A DNA stretch of 63,782 nucleotides, counting the filler, from Dimorphilus gyrociliatus (Eukaryota > Animalia > Annelida), in NCBI GenBank assembly GCA_904063045.1. It is 3 parts of 3 records of this genome, joined end to end, with 100 filler letters (N's around TTAATTAATTAA, not from the genome) between each part and the next. Parts side by side here need not be neighbours in the genome. Positions count along the whole stretch, not along the records: positions 1 to 30,489 come from CAJFCJ010000076.1; 2 more parts are not named here. One strand, written 5' to 3'. The stretch's first letter is position 1; each line of letters opens with the position of its first letter. A program made the translations under genes and the position numbers. Below, piece after piece: positions 1 through 11,619 of this stretch. A model generated the notes under the pieces. That model saw only the letters and a program-made list of their open reading frames with translations, was not told the origin of the DNA and did no database searches.

Positions 1-1080
1 TACAACTATCAAATACAAATTTCTGCAAAAACTTTGAAGAGGATTTGAGTCCATCACATATCCTTTTTAAGCCATTCCCCATCTTTCTGTTTTTGGATAG
101 GTTAACATCTTTTAATGACACACTTTTTTGTAAGTTTTCTTTTTTAAGTATTTAGAATTTTCTATGGAGAAAGCCATCCGCCTATTGTCAGAACAGTGTG
201 TGGTAATATATTCCATTAAACTATCCACAGAATATTGTTATTTGCTACACAGCATTAATATCACAGTTTATTATTCTTCAAATTTATGAATTTGAACTAA
301 AAGCAGTTCAATTAAATATCAATTATGCTTTAATTCTCTTTTCTTCAAAATTCTTTTTTTAAATAAAGAGTGGAGTCTACTCAAGAGTTTATTTATAAAT
401 ATATAGATTTTAAACAGGTAGGCCATATTTTAGGCTTAGTTATTTGTTAAAGGTGATAATTTTTTTTATTTTTTGCCAAACTGACTTTTATAGAACAATC
501 TGGCATTAAAATTTTTGACATAATTTTTATTAAAATGTCTTTGAAATTTTACACCCATTGATAATGACTTTGTAAGAAGATTTAGTAAGTTATTACAGAA
601 AACTTACCGAATTCACTCATATATTCACCAGGCTTGTTCTGTTATTGGTAACTAGTGTTTCAATAGTATTGATCAACACTGTAGTCATGTCAACACATCA
701 ATAGTTGGGACAAAGCATTCCAAAGAAATCTCTATAGGCTTATTGATAATAAAGTAAAAGTAATGTAGTTTGTACACATACATTCATGAGCTATATTCTA
801 CAATAGAGAAGTAGTATTGAACCAGTAATGTACTATGCACATAGCACTAAAACAGATTAGCATTATTGACCTAGTTTCGAGTAGGACAGTGCATATACAG
901 TGTGCAACAATAAAACCTGTTAAATTATATATGGAATATTGCTATTTACAACCTAGCATTAATATTACAATTTATTAATCTATAAATTTATGAATTTGAA
1001 CTAAAAGCAGTTCAATTAAATATCAATTATGCTTTAATTCTAAGTTTAGATTATATTCACTATTCAACAGTATTGTATAC

Positions 1081-2441
1081 ACAAAATCCCAGAACAAAGA
1101 GTGAAAAATGCTAGAGATGTTTCACTCTGACCATTTTGGAGGAGGAAATAAATTCTTTTTACAATGGTTTTGACAAGTGCTTACCACCATATTAACATCT
1201 AAAAAGAAGATAGGTCTAAAACAGCATTTATTACACCTTTTGGCTTGTTTGAATTTATTAAGATGCCTTTTGGACTAATTAATGCACCTCCTCACTTAAG
1301 ATATGTAATGAATTCATTTGTGCTAAAGGATGTAAAGCATTTGGCACTCAACTACCTTGATGCCATAATAATATTTACCTAGTCACTGTACAAACATTGA
1401 GAAGCATTGGAGACCATTCTTCAACACATTCAAAAGTAGAATTTTAAAATTAAGTAAAGGTGTGTTTTTGAAAAAACAAGTTCAATTTTTGGGACACATT
1501 ATATCAGAAAAGGGGATTGAAACAGATAAGGCCAAGATAGATAAATTATATAGTTTACTTCCATCAGTGTTTGCAAATTCACTACTAAGTTTAGTTGCTT
1601 TTTGTGGCTATTACAGAAAGTTCATACAAGATTTTACAAGAGTAGCCAAGCTGCTGTAAACCTTAATGAAACTACATGGGAAAAAGGATAAATTGCAATG
1701 GACTGAGGAAGCCAAACAATCATTCTTCAAATTATGATATACTATAGTTAACCCTCCTGTATTACAATTACTTGATTTCTCAAAAGATTTTCACTTGACA
1801 ACTGATGCATCAAATGTAGCAGTGGGAGGAACAACTTATATGAAAATGCAAAGAAAACAATGAAAACCTTTGCCTATGCATCTAAACAATTCAACAATAA
1901 TCAAATGAAATATGCAGCCTGTCAAAAGGAAGCTTTTGGTGTTTACTGTGTTGTAAAGAAATTTTTACATTACCTTCAAGACAAGCTATTCTTTTTATAT
2001 ACTGACCATCAGTCTGGTACAAACATTCAATCAAACAAAATTGAATGTCAGCAGAGCAAAATGGCTTTAATGGATTTAAAATTTACAATCAACTATGTGC
2101 CATGACAAAAAAAATAGAGCATATGCTTTAACAAGATTGGAAGAATATACACCACTACAGAAAGTGATATTTGAAGAGCTAATTCATGGAAATATTGAGG
2201 AGGAAATGTCTCCCTCTATTTCAGTTAAAATGGAACAGTATGAACATACACCAGATCTATCTTTTGTAGCTACCAGTGATAACAGTGAAGAGAAAATTGA
2301 TTTGTCTTCTGTTGACTTACAGTCAGAGCAAGAAAAAGATGTGAATTTGAAATCAATTAAAGAATATTTAACACTGGATGGTCAGCTACCTATTCCTTTT
2401 TTTGGAACTTTTACACCTTTCATAATGGAAATGTTTGTTCA
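1081..2441 (+). mobile_element. Degenerate Ty3/Gypsy pol remnant: protease scrap, reverse transcriptase, RNase H
   Basis: Frameshifted translation gives KTAFITPFGLFEFIKMPFGLINAP and NYLDAIII (YLDD decayed) at ~1200-1380, FLKKQVQFLGHIISEKGI (ORF 1462), TDASNVAVGG (~1800) and YASKQF..QKEAFGVY..FLHYL..LYTDHQ (ORF 1860). 1085-1125 is nearly identical to the protease sequence at 51452-51490. Confidence 0.9.
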
Positions 2442-3205
2442 TGTGCACTTAGATATAATGATATATCAATACTTAGACTTTAGATATAAGGGTACATTAG
2501 AAAGACTTCTATTTTATAAGAATTAGACTGGTGCTACTATAGAAATACTTATATTTTGTAGCAATTATAGTGGTGGAACTTTAGAAAGACTTTTATTTCG
2601 TAGTGTTAGCTTTTAGTACTTTAGAAAGAACTCTATTTCATAAGAAATAGACTCTTGACTGTAACAGATGGTGGCTACTTGGGAATTAACAAAGGAACAA
2701 AGAACATGGAAAAGATGCAGGTCAAACACCAGATGCTGATGAGGCAGGCCTGTTTACTGCGGCACATGTTTGACATGTGGCCCTAATCTTAGGATTATAT
2801 TTTATATGTGATATAACAGTTTTTCATATTTTTGTTACATGAGAATTATGAGACCATCAGATTTCAACTTTGTAATCCTTTGACCACTTGAACCCAAGCT
2901 TTGGAAATGTATAAAAGGAAATGCATTTCCCCAGCTTGTCAGTTCAGTTCTTTAACCATTAACTGGTTGTTTAAACTTACTTGTTTAGAACTAGAAACTC
3001 ATTTACTCAATACATATTCTTTGGACGAAAGACTGGTATTTTGTTGAATTATTTCTACCAAAATTATATTTGTTAAGACTATTTGTGGACAAACTTTAAA
3101 GGTTCTAATTGGACCAGTACTTTGGTAAATTGACAAATGATTGGAAAGGACGAATACTGTTCTGAAGAAGCAGAAATTCCTACAATTACAATACAACAAA
3201 GTACA
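2442..3205 (+). mobile_element. Solo LTR, 764 bp, inserted in the Gypsy pol
   Basis: Starts TGTGCAC and ends AAAGTACA (TG...CA). Exact 5-bp target duplication GTTCA at 2437-2441 and 3206-3210. TATA-like TATAAAAG at ~2909 and about four degenerate ~40-bp repeats at 2495-2655. Homologous copies occur elsewhere in the window. Confidence 0.9.
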
Positions 3206-3261
3206 GTTCACAAGGAAATGATCTAGATTATCCTTGAAAAAATAAACATTCTGGTTTTACT

Positions 3262-3366
3262 GAATACGACAGAAAATGGCCCCAACAGAAAATGGCCACA
3301 AATGAACAGAAAACGGCCTCAACTTGAACAGAAAACAGCCCCAACTGGAACAGAAAACGGCCACAG
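3262..3366. repeat. Subterminal tandem array of MULE (~5 units of ACAGAAAA(T/C)(G/A)GCC)
   Basis: GACAGAAAATGGCCCC, AACAGAAAATGGCCAC, AACAGAAAACGGCCTC, AACAGAAAACAGCCCC and AACAGAAAACGGCCAC are read directly from the sequence. Confidence 0.9.
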
Positions 3367-4830
3367 GATTCTTCAACCTAAATTAGATAAAACAAGAAAT
3401 GAATGAAATTTTGAAAGTGTGTTTATTTGAACAGTTGAATACATTATGAGACTACAACTTAAAAAAACATGCAATTTAACAACAATTGATTTATTTATTG
3501 AGCTACTAAATAAAGTTCAGAACACTTTAGTAGAACTTCTGATGAAGTAATCTCATGCTTTTCAAATCTTTCCCAAATTGAAAATATTTTATTTTGCAGG
3601 TTCTTATAAAGCTTTCTTTGGTATCTTAATATCTTCTTTTCTGATAACATTCTTTGATATGCTGCTATAAGGTCTGCTTCCCTTTTCAATTCATCTATCA
3701 CAGAATAAAATGAAACATTCACTCCAACATTTCCATTCAACCTATTGTGAAATCCCTCAACATCATTATTTGTTCTGATTGCACATTGATAGATAGACCA
3801 ACTTTTTGGTGACCAAACATCATTCAAAATCCAAGTTCTTTCAAAATAATCAATAAAATCAGCAAGTTTATCAATTGATTTAAGGTAATCCTTATTTTTA
3901 GTAAACTCTATTGGAATAATGTGAGATGGAAGGAATGGCAAAGCCATTAGCTGTCTCATTTCAAACCATTGTCCATTTTTTTGTTGAAGTCTGATGAATA
4001 ACCAAGCTCCTAAAAAAACAAAATTAAAAATGACTGCAGTTTGAGTTTTAGGTTGAATAATACCTGAATTTTTCTATAAACTGTTTGATTCCAATGGAAT
4101 AAGCATCCTGACAGATTTACATTTTCCCAATTATTTAATACAGCTTTCCAAACAGCTTTTTCAAAATCCATAACTATCTTTTTTGGTTCTTTATATTGTA
4201 GCAGTTGATTAATGCACTGAAAAACAGTGAAATGAATATTGAATGCATTTCAGAGAAAATTTCAAGTTGAACTACCTTGAATAACAGATTATATGCTTTT
4301 TTCTTTTTTGATGACATGAATGCATATAGAAGAGGAGCCTGTTTTAATTCACCTTCTTTCATTATTTTCAAGGACATCTTTCTTTAAGAAATCATCAGGA
4401 ATGAAGTAATTATTAATAAGAAAATTTCTTCCAATAGGTTCATTGGGGTGATTTTTTCTTCTATGGTAATTTATCATTTCTTTGCAATTTTCAACTTTTA
4501 CAATATTTCCCATATTTGCAAAAGGAAACAGAACAATTTCAGCTATTTGTTTTCCACTAACATTGGTGTCTGTCTTTCCTTTTTGTTTTGCTGTCACTTT
4601 CATTTCAATAATTTGTTCTAAATTTTTTTGGGGGGGTGAATATGATATTTAGACCCCAAAGAGAAGTTATTATTTCTTTGAATGACACTGGCAGGACATT
4701 TCATTTTCTTGCTTCTAACTCCACATCTCCAAATTATGGAAGTCTTGTCTTTCCTGTTGACAACAAATGAGTGACCATTAGATACAAGTAATTCTTTGCC
4801 TTTTTGACTTCCTGTAGGGAATATTCTGAA
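3262..4830 (-). mobile_element. Phantom-like MULE (FLYWCH plus Mutator transposase), internally deleted and truncated
   Basis: Minus strand encodes GSQKGKELLVSNGHSF..WRCGVRSKKMKCPASV (FLYWCH), KQAPLLYAFMSSKKKKAY and LMALPFLP..RTNNDVEGFHNRLN. The left end carries tandem subterminal repeats. Confidence 0.88.
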
Positions 4831-4837
4831 TTTACCA

Positions 4838-5632
4838 TTGCCATCATTTCACCATGGACCCAGGATGACATTACAAATAATTACAAAGACCTTATGGCAC
4901 CCAAAATTAAAGATTATGATTGAGAATTCAATAAAGGATTGCACTTTGTGTGAACAAATGAATGGTAGAAGTAGAGTATACCCTTTGGTAGAAACCTTCC
5001 ACCCTGTATCACCAATGGAGTTGGTGGCCATGGATATAATTGGACCCCTACCCATGGTTAAACCATACAGATTCATACTTGTGGTAGTAGATCATTTCAG
5101 TATATACACAGTTTTATATTCACTGAAATAGCAAACCAATAAAGAAATTACAAATCTTCTTTTCAACAGATTCTTTCCCATTTTTGGAATCCCAAAACAA
5201 ATGATGACAGATCAAGGAAGAAACTTGGTTGGTAAAGCTTTCAAAAAGTTTATAGAAGTATTAGGTATTGAGAAAATCCAAACAACAGCTTATAGAAGCC
5301 AGATCAATGAACCAGTTGAACAAGGAAATAGATGTGAGGAAGGAAATAATAAATTAGTGATGGAAGAAAATCAGCATAACTGGGTTGCAAACCTACCTTT
5401 CATTCAATAATTTTTGACCAATCACCTGTAGGAAGTACAGGACTATCACCACAAGAACTTCTGTTTGGTACCAGCACAAGAACACTGATTGATGTAACCA
5501 TGCATACTACATCTCCTAAAACAAACAAACTATTTGTATTCAATCACCAGCAACAATTAAGAGTGACAGCTGTCTGTAAATCTACCATGGCAAAAGTACA
5601 ATATAGAGAGAGAAAGAATAGAATAAGAACTT
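4838..5632 (+). mobile_element. Gypsy integrase remnant (zinc finger, DDE core, start of C-terminal tail), continuation of the 1081-2441 pol
   Basis: FHHG..CTLC, ELVAMDIIGPLP..FILVVVDHFS and MTDQGRNL..TTAYRSQIN..VEQ. The tail QLRVTAVCKSTMAKVQYRERKNR matches QLRATAFCKSIMVKEQYRESKNR at 53025-53095. Confidence 0.9.
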
Positions 5633-6280
5633 CAGCCAATGCACAAGCTCTGAAGCAAAAAAGAAAAGCAAAACTGAATATTCATCTGAAGATGCCAAAA
5701 TGAACTTTTTATCCATGTATTACAAACATATTTCAACAAATCTGTAAGCTTATTTTCTTTTGCCAGTTCATTTTAAATTTTCATGAATTCATTTTAAATC
5801 ATATTGTATGGCAAATATGGCAAAGCCATTATCATTTTCATGGATTCCCAAGCTCCCCCTTTTTTTTCCAAATTCGGTGCTGTAACCAAGATCCTGAAAC
5901 AAAACATTTGATGATTTAAATATTAAACATTCTTAGAAATCAATGAACCTGAATTTTTCTAAATATTGCTTGACACCAGTGAAATGAACATCCTGTCAAG
6001 ACAGTGTCAGGCCATTCATTTTGTAAAGTTTTCCAAACAGCCTTTTCATAATCTAACACCATTTTCCTGGGAGAGCAATTTATTGCCAAGTTTTTTACAG
6101 CCTTAAAGAGTTTATATTGATTCTTATTAATAAATATATTTATGGAATTGAATTCTTACCTGGAAAAGTAGTTTATAAGCTCTTTTCTTTTTAAAGAAGA
6201 GAAAAGAAAAAAGCAATGGAACTTGTTTAAGCTGTCCATTATTTTCAAAAATGCATGAATAGAGTACATTTGAACAAAAT

Positions 6281-7155
6281 TGTGTTGACAGAAAATGTCC
6301 ACAAATGAGAAATTTCAAGACAAAAATTTGGATTGAGAAATGGTTAGGCAGAAGAAAACAGCAACTGATTTGTACTTAGGAGGGTCTCCTCTAAGGGTTA
6401 GGGGTAATGGAAAAGGGTAGGTACAGCTAAGGGCTGGGTTAGGGTTAGGGTAAAAGCAACAATTTGTGGACGTTATCCGTACTTTGTTGTATTGGAATTG
6501 TAGGAATTTCTGCTCCTTCAGAACAGTATTTGTCCTTTCCAATCATTCATCAACTTACCAAAGTACTCACACAAATAGAACCTTTCAAATTCGTCCACAA
6601 GTAGTCTTAAGAAATGTAATTTCCGTAGAAATTAATCAAAAAAATGACAGTATTTTGTTTAAAGAATATGTATTGAGTAAATGAGTTTCTTGTTGGGGAA
6701 TGCATTTCCTTTTATACATTTGCCAAAGCTTGGGTTCAAGTGGTCAAAGGATTACAAAGTTGAAATCTGACAGTCTCATAATTCTCATGTAACAAAAATA
6801 TGAAAAACTGTTATATCACACATATAAAATATAATCCTAAGATTAGGACCACATGCCAAACATGAGCCACAGCAAACAGGCCTGCCTCATGTTCTTTGTT
6901 CCTTTGTTAATTGCCATAAAGCCACCATCTGTTGCAGTCAAAGAGTCAATTTCTTACGAAATAGAGTTCTTTCTAAAGTACTAAAAGCTAACTCTACAAA
7001 ATAAAAGTCTTTCTGAAGTTCCACCACTATAATTGCTACAAAATAAAAGTATTTCTATAGTTGCACCAATCTAATTCCTATAAAATAGAAGTCTTTCTAA
7101 TGTACCCTTATATCTAAAGTCTAGGTATTGATATATCACAATATCTAAGAGCACA
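6281..7155 (-). mobile_element. Solo LTR (same family as 2442-3205) carrying a MITE in its terminal bases
   Basis: Reverse-complement homology to 2442-3205 over ~680 bp. Minus-strand start TGTGCTC at 7155. Flanks AAAAT (6276-6280) and AAAAG (7156-7160) are a 4/5-matching TSD. Removing the insert restores in-frame MULE EPFVQMYSIHAF. Confidence 0.85.
6284..6478. mobile_element. TTAGGG-containing MULE-type MITE, copy with small terminal deletions
   Basis: High identity to 11984-12190 (GTTGACAGAAAATGTCCACAAATGAGAAATTTCAAGACA...GGGTTAGGGTTAGGGTAAAAGCA), and it abuts the same LTR bases GTACTTTGTTGTATTGG. Confidence 0.88.
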
Positions 7156-8239
7156 AAAAGGTTCAATGGCAATTTTAAAAGTACCTTCAAGGTACCAAAC
7201 TTTTCCCTTTAAAAATAACTCCAATTGATGATTTGTTGCAAAGATAATGATCCTCTCAATATTCATATTTATATCCTTCTTTAGAAATTCAGAAGGAATG
7301 AATGTCATATTCAGTTCAAAGTTTTTATCATTGGGTACAATAGGTCTGTTCTTCTATTCCAATTTGCCATTTCCTTACAATTACCTATATTTTGTAAGTT
7401 TGAGTTTGTTAAATATTTGTCCAATTCCCTTTCAGCAATTCTTTTGCCAGATAAATTTCTATCAGTTGAAGTAGCTTCTTTGATTTCTTTTCTTGTGCAA
7501 ATCCTTGTTTCTAAGTTTTTTATTGGTGAATGGTTATGTAGGTTTTTTCCAATTACAAAGTTTGTTTCTCTTTGATTGATGCTTGCTGTACATTTTCTCT
7601 TTTTATTTCTGACAGAACAGGTCCATACAGTAGTTGTTTTTGTTTTTAATTTTATATTATATGAATACTCTTTGAGTAAAAGTAAATCTTTTCCTTTTTG
7701 ACTTCCATTTGGCAGAATTTTAAAATGAAAATCATTAGAAGAATTTTCTTTAACAGATGTTTCACTTTCAAAAGATTCTTCCTCAATTTGTGTTGAAAAA
7801 TATATTCAATATGGCATTTATAAATATTCAGCTATTTCAATCAGATTCTAAGGTGTCAGTTTGTCTGGATTGTGAAAAAAGCAGGTTCCTTCTTCAGATG
7901 AAGAGACCAGAAGATGAAGGTGTAGAAACTGGAGAAGAACTTATCATTTTGTTTGTATATCTAAAATGAATCCTATTCTTCATTCAGTCTTTACCTAATT
8001 TTTCATTTGGCAGTTAAAAACTTTAAAGTATTTTATAAATCGTTTAAAGATGTAAGAGAAGAGAATTCATTAAGAACGCCTTTTAATTTGGAAAATGTGT
8101 AAGGAACTTAATCCAACTGCTATGGATGATATATACTTTATTGATAAAGAGAATTCAAATTTTACTTTGAGAAGAATGAATATTAATCCCAACAAAGATT
8201 ATAAAATAAAGAAATACTTTTGTAAAACTTTAATGATGA

Positions 8240-9188
8240 ATGAACTGAGAGATACCATTTTTGACAAGTTCATCAGAGAAGATTGGAACATTTTTCAAAG
8301 AGCAATTGCAAAAACATTGGACATTTGTCAAGAGGCTGTGGGAAAAATGATAAAGGAGCTGGGGTAATGAAAAATCTGTGCAAAGTGGATTCCTTATGAC
8401 CTCACTGAGGACCAAAAAGATGTGAGGGTGAGTCATTGCACTGAGCTCCTCCAAAGGTACAGGGCAGAAGGAGAAGATTTTCTTGATAAAATAATTACAG
8501 GAGATGAAACTTGGGTACATCAATATGATCCAGAATCGAAAAGATCTTCCTTGTCATATAAACATATGTCATCTCCACCTGAAAAAATACTGAAAATGGC
8601 TAAGTCAGCAGAAAAACTAATGTGCTCAGTTTTCTGGGACTGTGCTGGCTTAGTTCATGTGGAATTTATGGAGTATAGCAAAGTTGTCAACTCCATACAA
8701 TATATTGAGACCCTAAAGAGGCTAAGAAAAAGATTGCATAGAATCAGACCTGGAAAACAAATAATTTTACAGCATGATAATGCAAGACCACATACAAGTC
8801 TCCTAACAACAGATTTTATAAGAGACCAAGGGTGGTCATTATGCCCTCACCCACCATACAGCCCTGATTTGGCCCCCTCTGACTATTATCTTTTTGGGAG
8901 ATTGAAGGACCATATCAGAGGGGTCCATTATGAAAATTTGGATGAATTAAAGAAAACAATCAAAGATTTTCGAAGGAGTAAGCCATCCTCCTTTTATCAG
9001 CACAGTATTGACCTACTTGCAAGCAAATGGCAGGCTTGCATAGAGAAAGGAGGGGAATATTAGAAAATACAATTGTTAATACTTTTAGAGTAGACTATAG
9101 GCTATAACATAAAAAAAATTAATAAAATTTCACAAAGATTTCTAGCAAAAAAAACACAAAGCTTGAAATTTTTCAATCATACCTAATA
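8240..9188 (+). mobile_element. 5'-truncated mariner transposon (D,D34D)
   Basis: KWIPYDL (WVPHEL-like), ITGDETW, LQHDNARPH and HPPYSPDLAPSDYYLF, with 34 residues between the second and third D. Stops TAATGA at 8365-8370. Candidate right TIR ends ...TTCAATCATACCTAA followed by TA (~9186-9188). Confidence 0.92.
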
Positions 9189-9229
9189 TATATATGTGTA
9201 TATAATTTAAAAATGGACAAACAAAACTA

Positions 9230-10005
9230 ATGAAAAAAGTATTAATTATAGAACTACACTAGTTTTACTCTAACTACCAATAGGCCTATCGAGATTTTTT
9301 TGCAATGCTTTTTCAATATCACCAACTATTGATAGAAATCAATGACAGGTGTTACGTGACTAGAGTGTTGATCAATACTATTCAAACACTAGTTATCAAT
9401 AAGAGAACAAGCCTTGTGAATATAGGAGTGCTTTAGGTGAGTTTTCTTTAATAACTTTCTAAATTCAGCTGTGTTTCAACTATTTCACTAAAAAAACTAT
9501 TGTACTTTATTGTATTGAATTTGTTGGAATTTCTGGTTTATCACAACTATAACTATCCTTTTCTTACTTCGTAGAATTAGATTCTAGAATTTTAGAAAGA
9601 ATTCTATTTCATAAGAAATAGATTCTTTGACTATAACAGATGATGCTACCATGGATTAGAAGATTGTACACATACATTCATCAGCTATATTTTACAATAG
9701 ATAAGTAGTATTGAACAGTATTGTACTGTACAATATTGGTTATATTTTTGGCTTAAACTATATTACTTTATGCAACAATTTACACATGAACCTCTTAAAG
9801 AACCTATGCAAGAAAACAATAATATTTGGCCAAATGTAGACTTGGTTAGGCATCATTAAAGTTCATCTTTAATTACCACTTAAGGTTTGGTCAAGTTACA
9901 ATTTAATAAGCTTGGCAAAGGTTTGGCTAAGTTATAATTAAATTAGCCTTCTTAAGTGTTGAACCTTGTAACTTCCTCTTTCTAAAGATAAATATGAACA
10001 AGACT
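9230..10005. repeat. Cluster of LTR-like and dispersed-repeat fragments in mixed orientations
   Basis: 9340-9460 is the reverse complement of ~600-700. 9520-9570 matches the LTR end. 9660-9730 matches 770-840. 9800-10005 is the reverse complement of 20140-20300 and related to 38840-39050. Confidence 0.7.
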
Positions 10006-10007
10006 GT

Positions 10008-11477
10008 TTGGTAGTACAAATATGCAATCTAAATAGTCAGGATTCAAAGATATTAGGTAAAAACTTACACAAATGTGCGTCATTAAAATATGTTAACCTA
10101 TCCAAATACAGAAATATGGGGAAAGACTTTAAAATGATATGTGATGGACTCAAATCTTCTTCAAACTCGCTGAAAACAATAAAACTTTATGAATGTTATT
10201 TGAATGCAGAACAAGCTAAATGTCTGGGAGAAACATTTAAACAGTGTTCAGCATTGGAGGAGATTGATTTTACCTTGAAATCAAATATGGGAAAAGGCTT
10301 TAAGGTGATATGTGATGGACTCAAATCTTCATCAAACTCTTTGAAAAGAATAAAACTTTTTGGATGTTATTTGAATGCAGAACAAGCTAAATGTCTAGGA
10401 GAAACATTTAAACAGTGTTCAGTATTGGAGCATGTTGATTTCACAAATAATAAGAATATGGGGAATGGCTTTAAAGTGATATGTGATGGACTCAAATCTT
10501 CTTCACTCTCTATGAAAATGATTAAGCTTTACTATTGTAATTTGAATAATGAACAAGCTAAATGTCTAGGAGAAACATTTAAACAATGTTCATCATTGGA
10601 ACATGTTGATTTCACATATAATAGTAAAATGGGAAATGGTTTTAAAGTGATATGTGATGGACTCAAATCTTCTTCAAACTCTATGAAAATAATTAAACTT
10701 CAATGTTGTCGTTTGAATGCAGAACAAGCTGAATGTCTAGGAGAAACATTGAAACAGTGTTCAGCATTGGAGCATGTTGATTTCACATGGAATAAGAGTA
10801 TGGGAAATGGCTTTAAAATGATATGTGATGGACTCAAATCTTCTTCAAACTCTATGAAAACAATTAATCTTTACTTTTGTGATTTGAATGCAGAACAAGC
10901 TGAATGTCTAGGAGAAACATTGAAACAGTGTTCAGCTTTGGAGGATGTTGATTTCACATATAATAGTAAAATGGGAAATGGTTTTAAAGTGATATGTGAT
11001 GGACTCAAATCTTCTTCAAACTCTATGAAAATAATTAAACTTCAATGTTGTCGTTTGAATGCAGAACAAGCTAAATGTGTAGGAGAAACATTTAAACACT
11101 GTTCAGCATTGGAACATGTTGAGTTCACATATAATAGTAATATGGGGAATGGTTTTAAAGTTATATGTGAGGGACTCAAATCTTCTTCAAACTCTATGAA
11201 AGCAATTAATCTTTACTATTGTTATTTGAATGATGAACAAGCTAAACATCTAGGAGAAACATTTAAACACGGTTCAGCACTAGAAGATATAAAGTTAACA
11301 TGCAGTAACATGACATGGAATGGGTTGAAAGTGATATGTGATGGACTCAAATCTTCTTCAAACTGTTTGAAGAAAGTCAACTTTAATTTGTGTAAGTTGA
11401 ATGAAGAACAATATAAAAATTTAGGAGAAATATTTAAACATTGTTCAGTACTGGAAGATATGAATGTCACAAAATAG
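10008..11477 (+). CDS. Ribonuclease-inhibitor-type LRR array (about 8.5 x 57-aa A/B double repeats), possibly an orphan NLR C-terminal exon
   Basis: Open 1.47-kb frame. GATGGACTCAAATC recurs every 171 bp (10143 to 11340). Alternating 28- and 29-residue repeats such as LKTIKLYECYLNAEQAKCLGETFKQCSA and LEEIDFTLKSNMGKGFKVICDGLKSSSNS. The true start and any upstream exons are not identifiable. Confidence 0.85.
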   Translation: MVVQICNLNSQDSKILGKNLHKCASLKYVNLSKYRNMGKDFKMICDGLKSSSNSLKTIKLYECYLNAEQAKCLGETFKQCSALEEIDFTLKSNMGKGFKVICDGLKSSSNSLKRIKLFGCYLNAEQAKCLGETFKQCSVLEHVDFTNNKNMGNGFKVICDGLKSSSLSMKMIKLYYCNLNNEQAKCLGETFKQCSSLEHVDFTYNSKMGNGFKVICDGLKSSSNSMKIIKLQCCRLNAEQAECLGETLKQCSALEHVDFTWNKSMGNGFKMICDGLKSSSNSMKTINLYFCDLNAEQAECLGETLKQCSALEDVDFTYNSKMGNGFKVICDGLKSSSNSMKIIKLQCCRLNAEQAKCVGETFKHCSALEHVEFTYNSNMGNGFKVICEGLKSSSNSMKAINLYYCYLNDEQAKHLGETFKHGSALEDIKLTCSNMTWNGLKVICDGLKSSSNCLKKVNFNLCKLNEEQYKNLGEIFKHCSVLEDMNVTK

Positions 11478-11619
11478 AGAAAACAATATATGATATGTCC
11501 AAAATATAATCCCTAATGAAAGGCTACAAGACAAGTATATGCTGTTACACAGCACAATTGCCTTATCAATATCTGGCAATAAGTAAAATAGAACAACTTT
11601 GGTATATAACTGTTTAAAG

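Larger units (their letters stand above)
5870..7950 (-). mobile_element. Second Phantom-like MULE transposase, split by an LTR+MITE insertion
   Basis: FLYWCH GSQKGKDLLLL..VWTCSVRNKKRKCTASIN..HNH at 7530-7720 and WYLEGTFKIAIEPF at 7160-7210. Resumes as VQMYSIHAF..KQVPLLF at 6160-6280 and GCSFHWCQAI at ~5960-6000. Confidence 0.88.

Noticed and set aside
2442-3205. Assigning this LTR family to the env-bearing Gypsy
   Set aside because: No copy is followed by a primer-binding site or joined to gag or env sequence, so the link is possible but unsupported.
2442-7155. ~700-bp inverted repeats as the TIRs of one giant DNA transposon
   Set aside because: Each arm has its own TG...CA ends and its own target duplication, so they are independent LTR insertions.
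10008-11477. Diversity-generating-retroelement-style mutagenesis of the LRR repeats
   Set aside because: No template repeat or dedicated RT is present, and the nearby RT is a decayed Gypsy. Unequal crossover explains the pattern.
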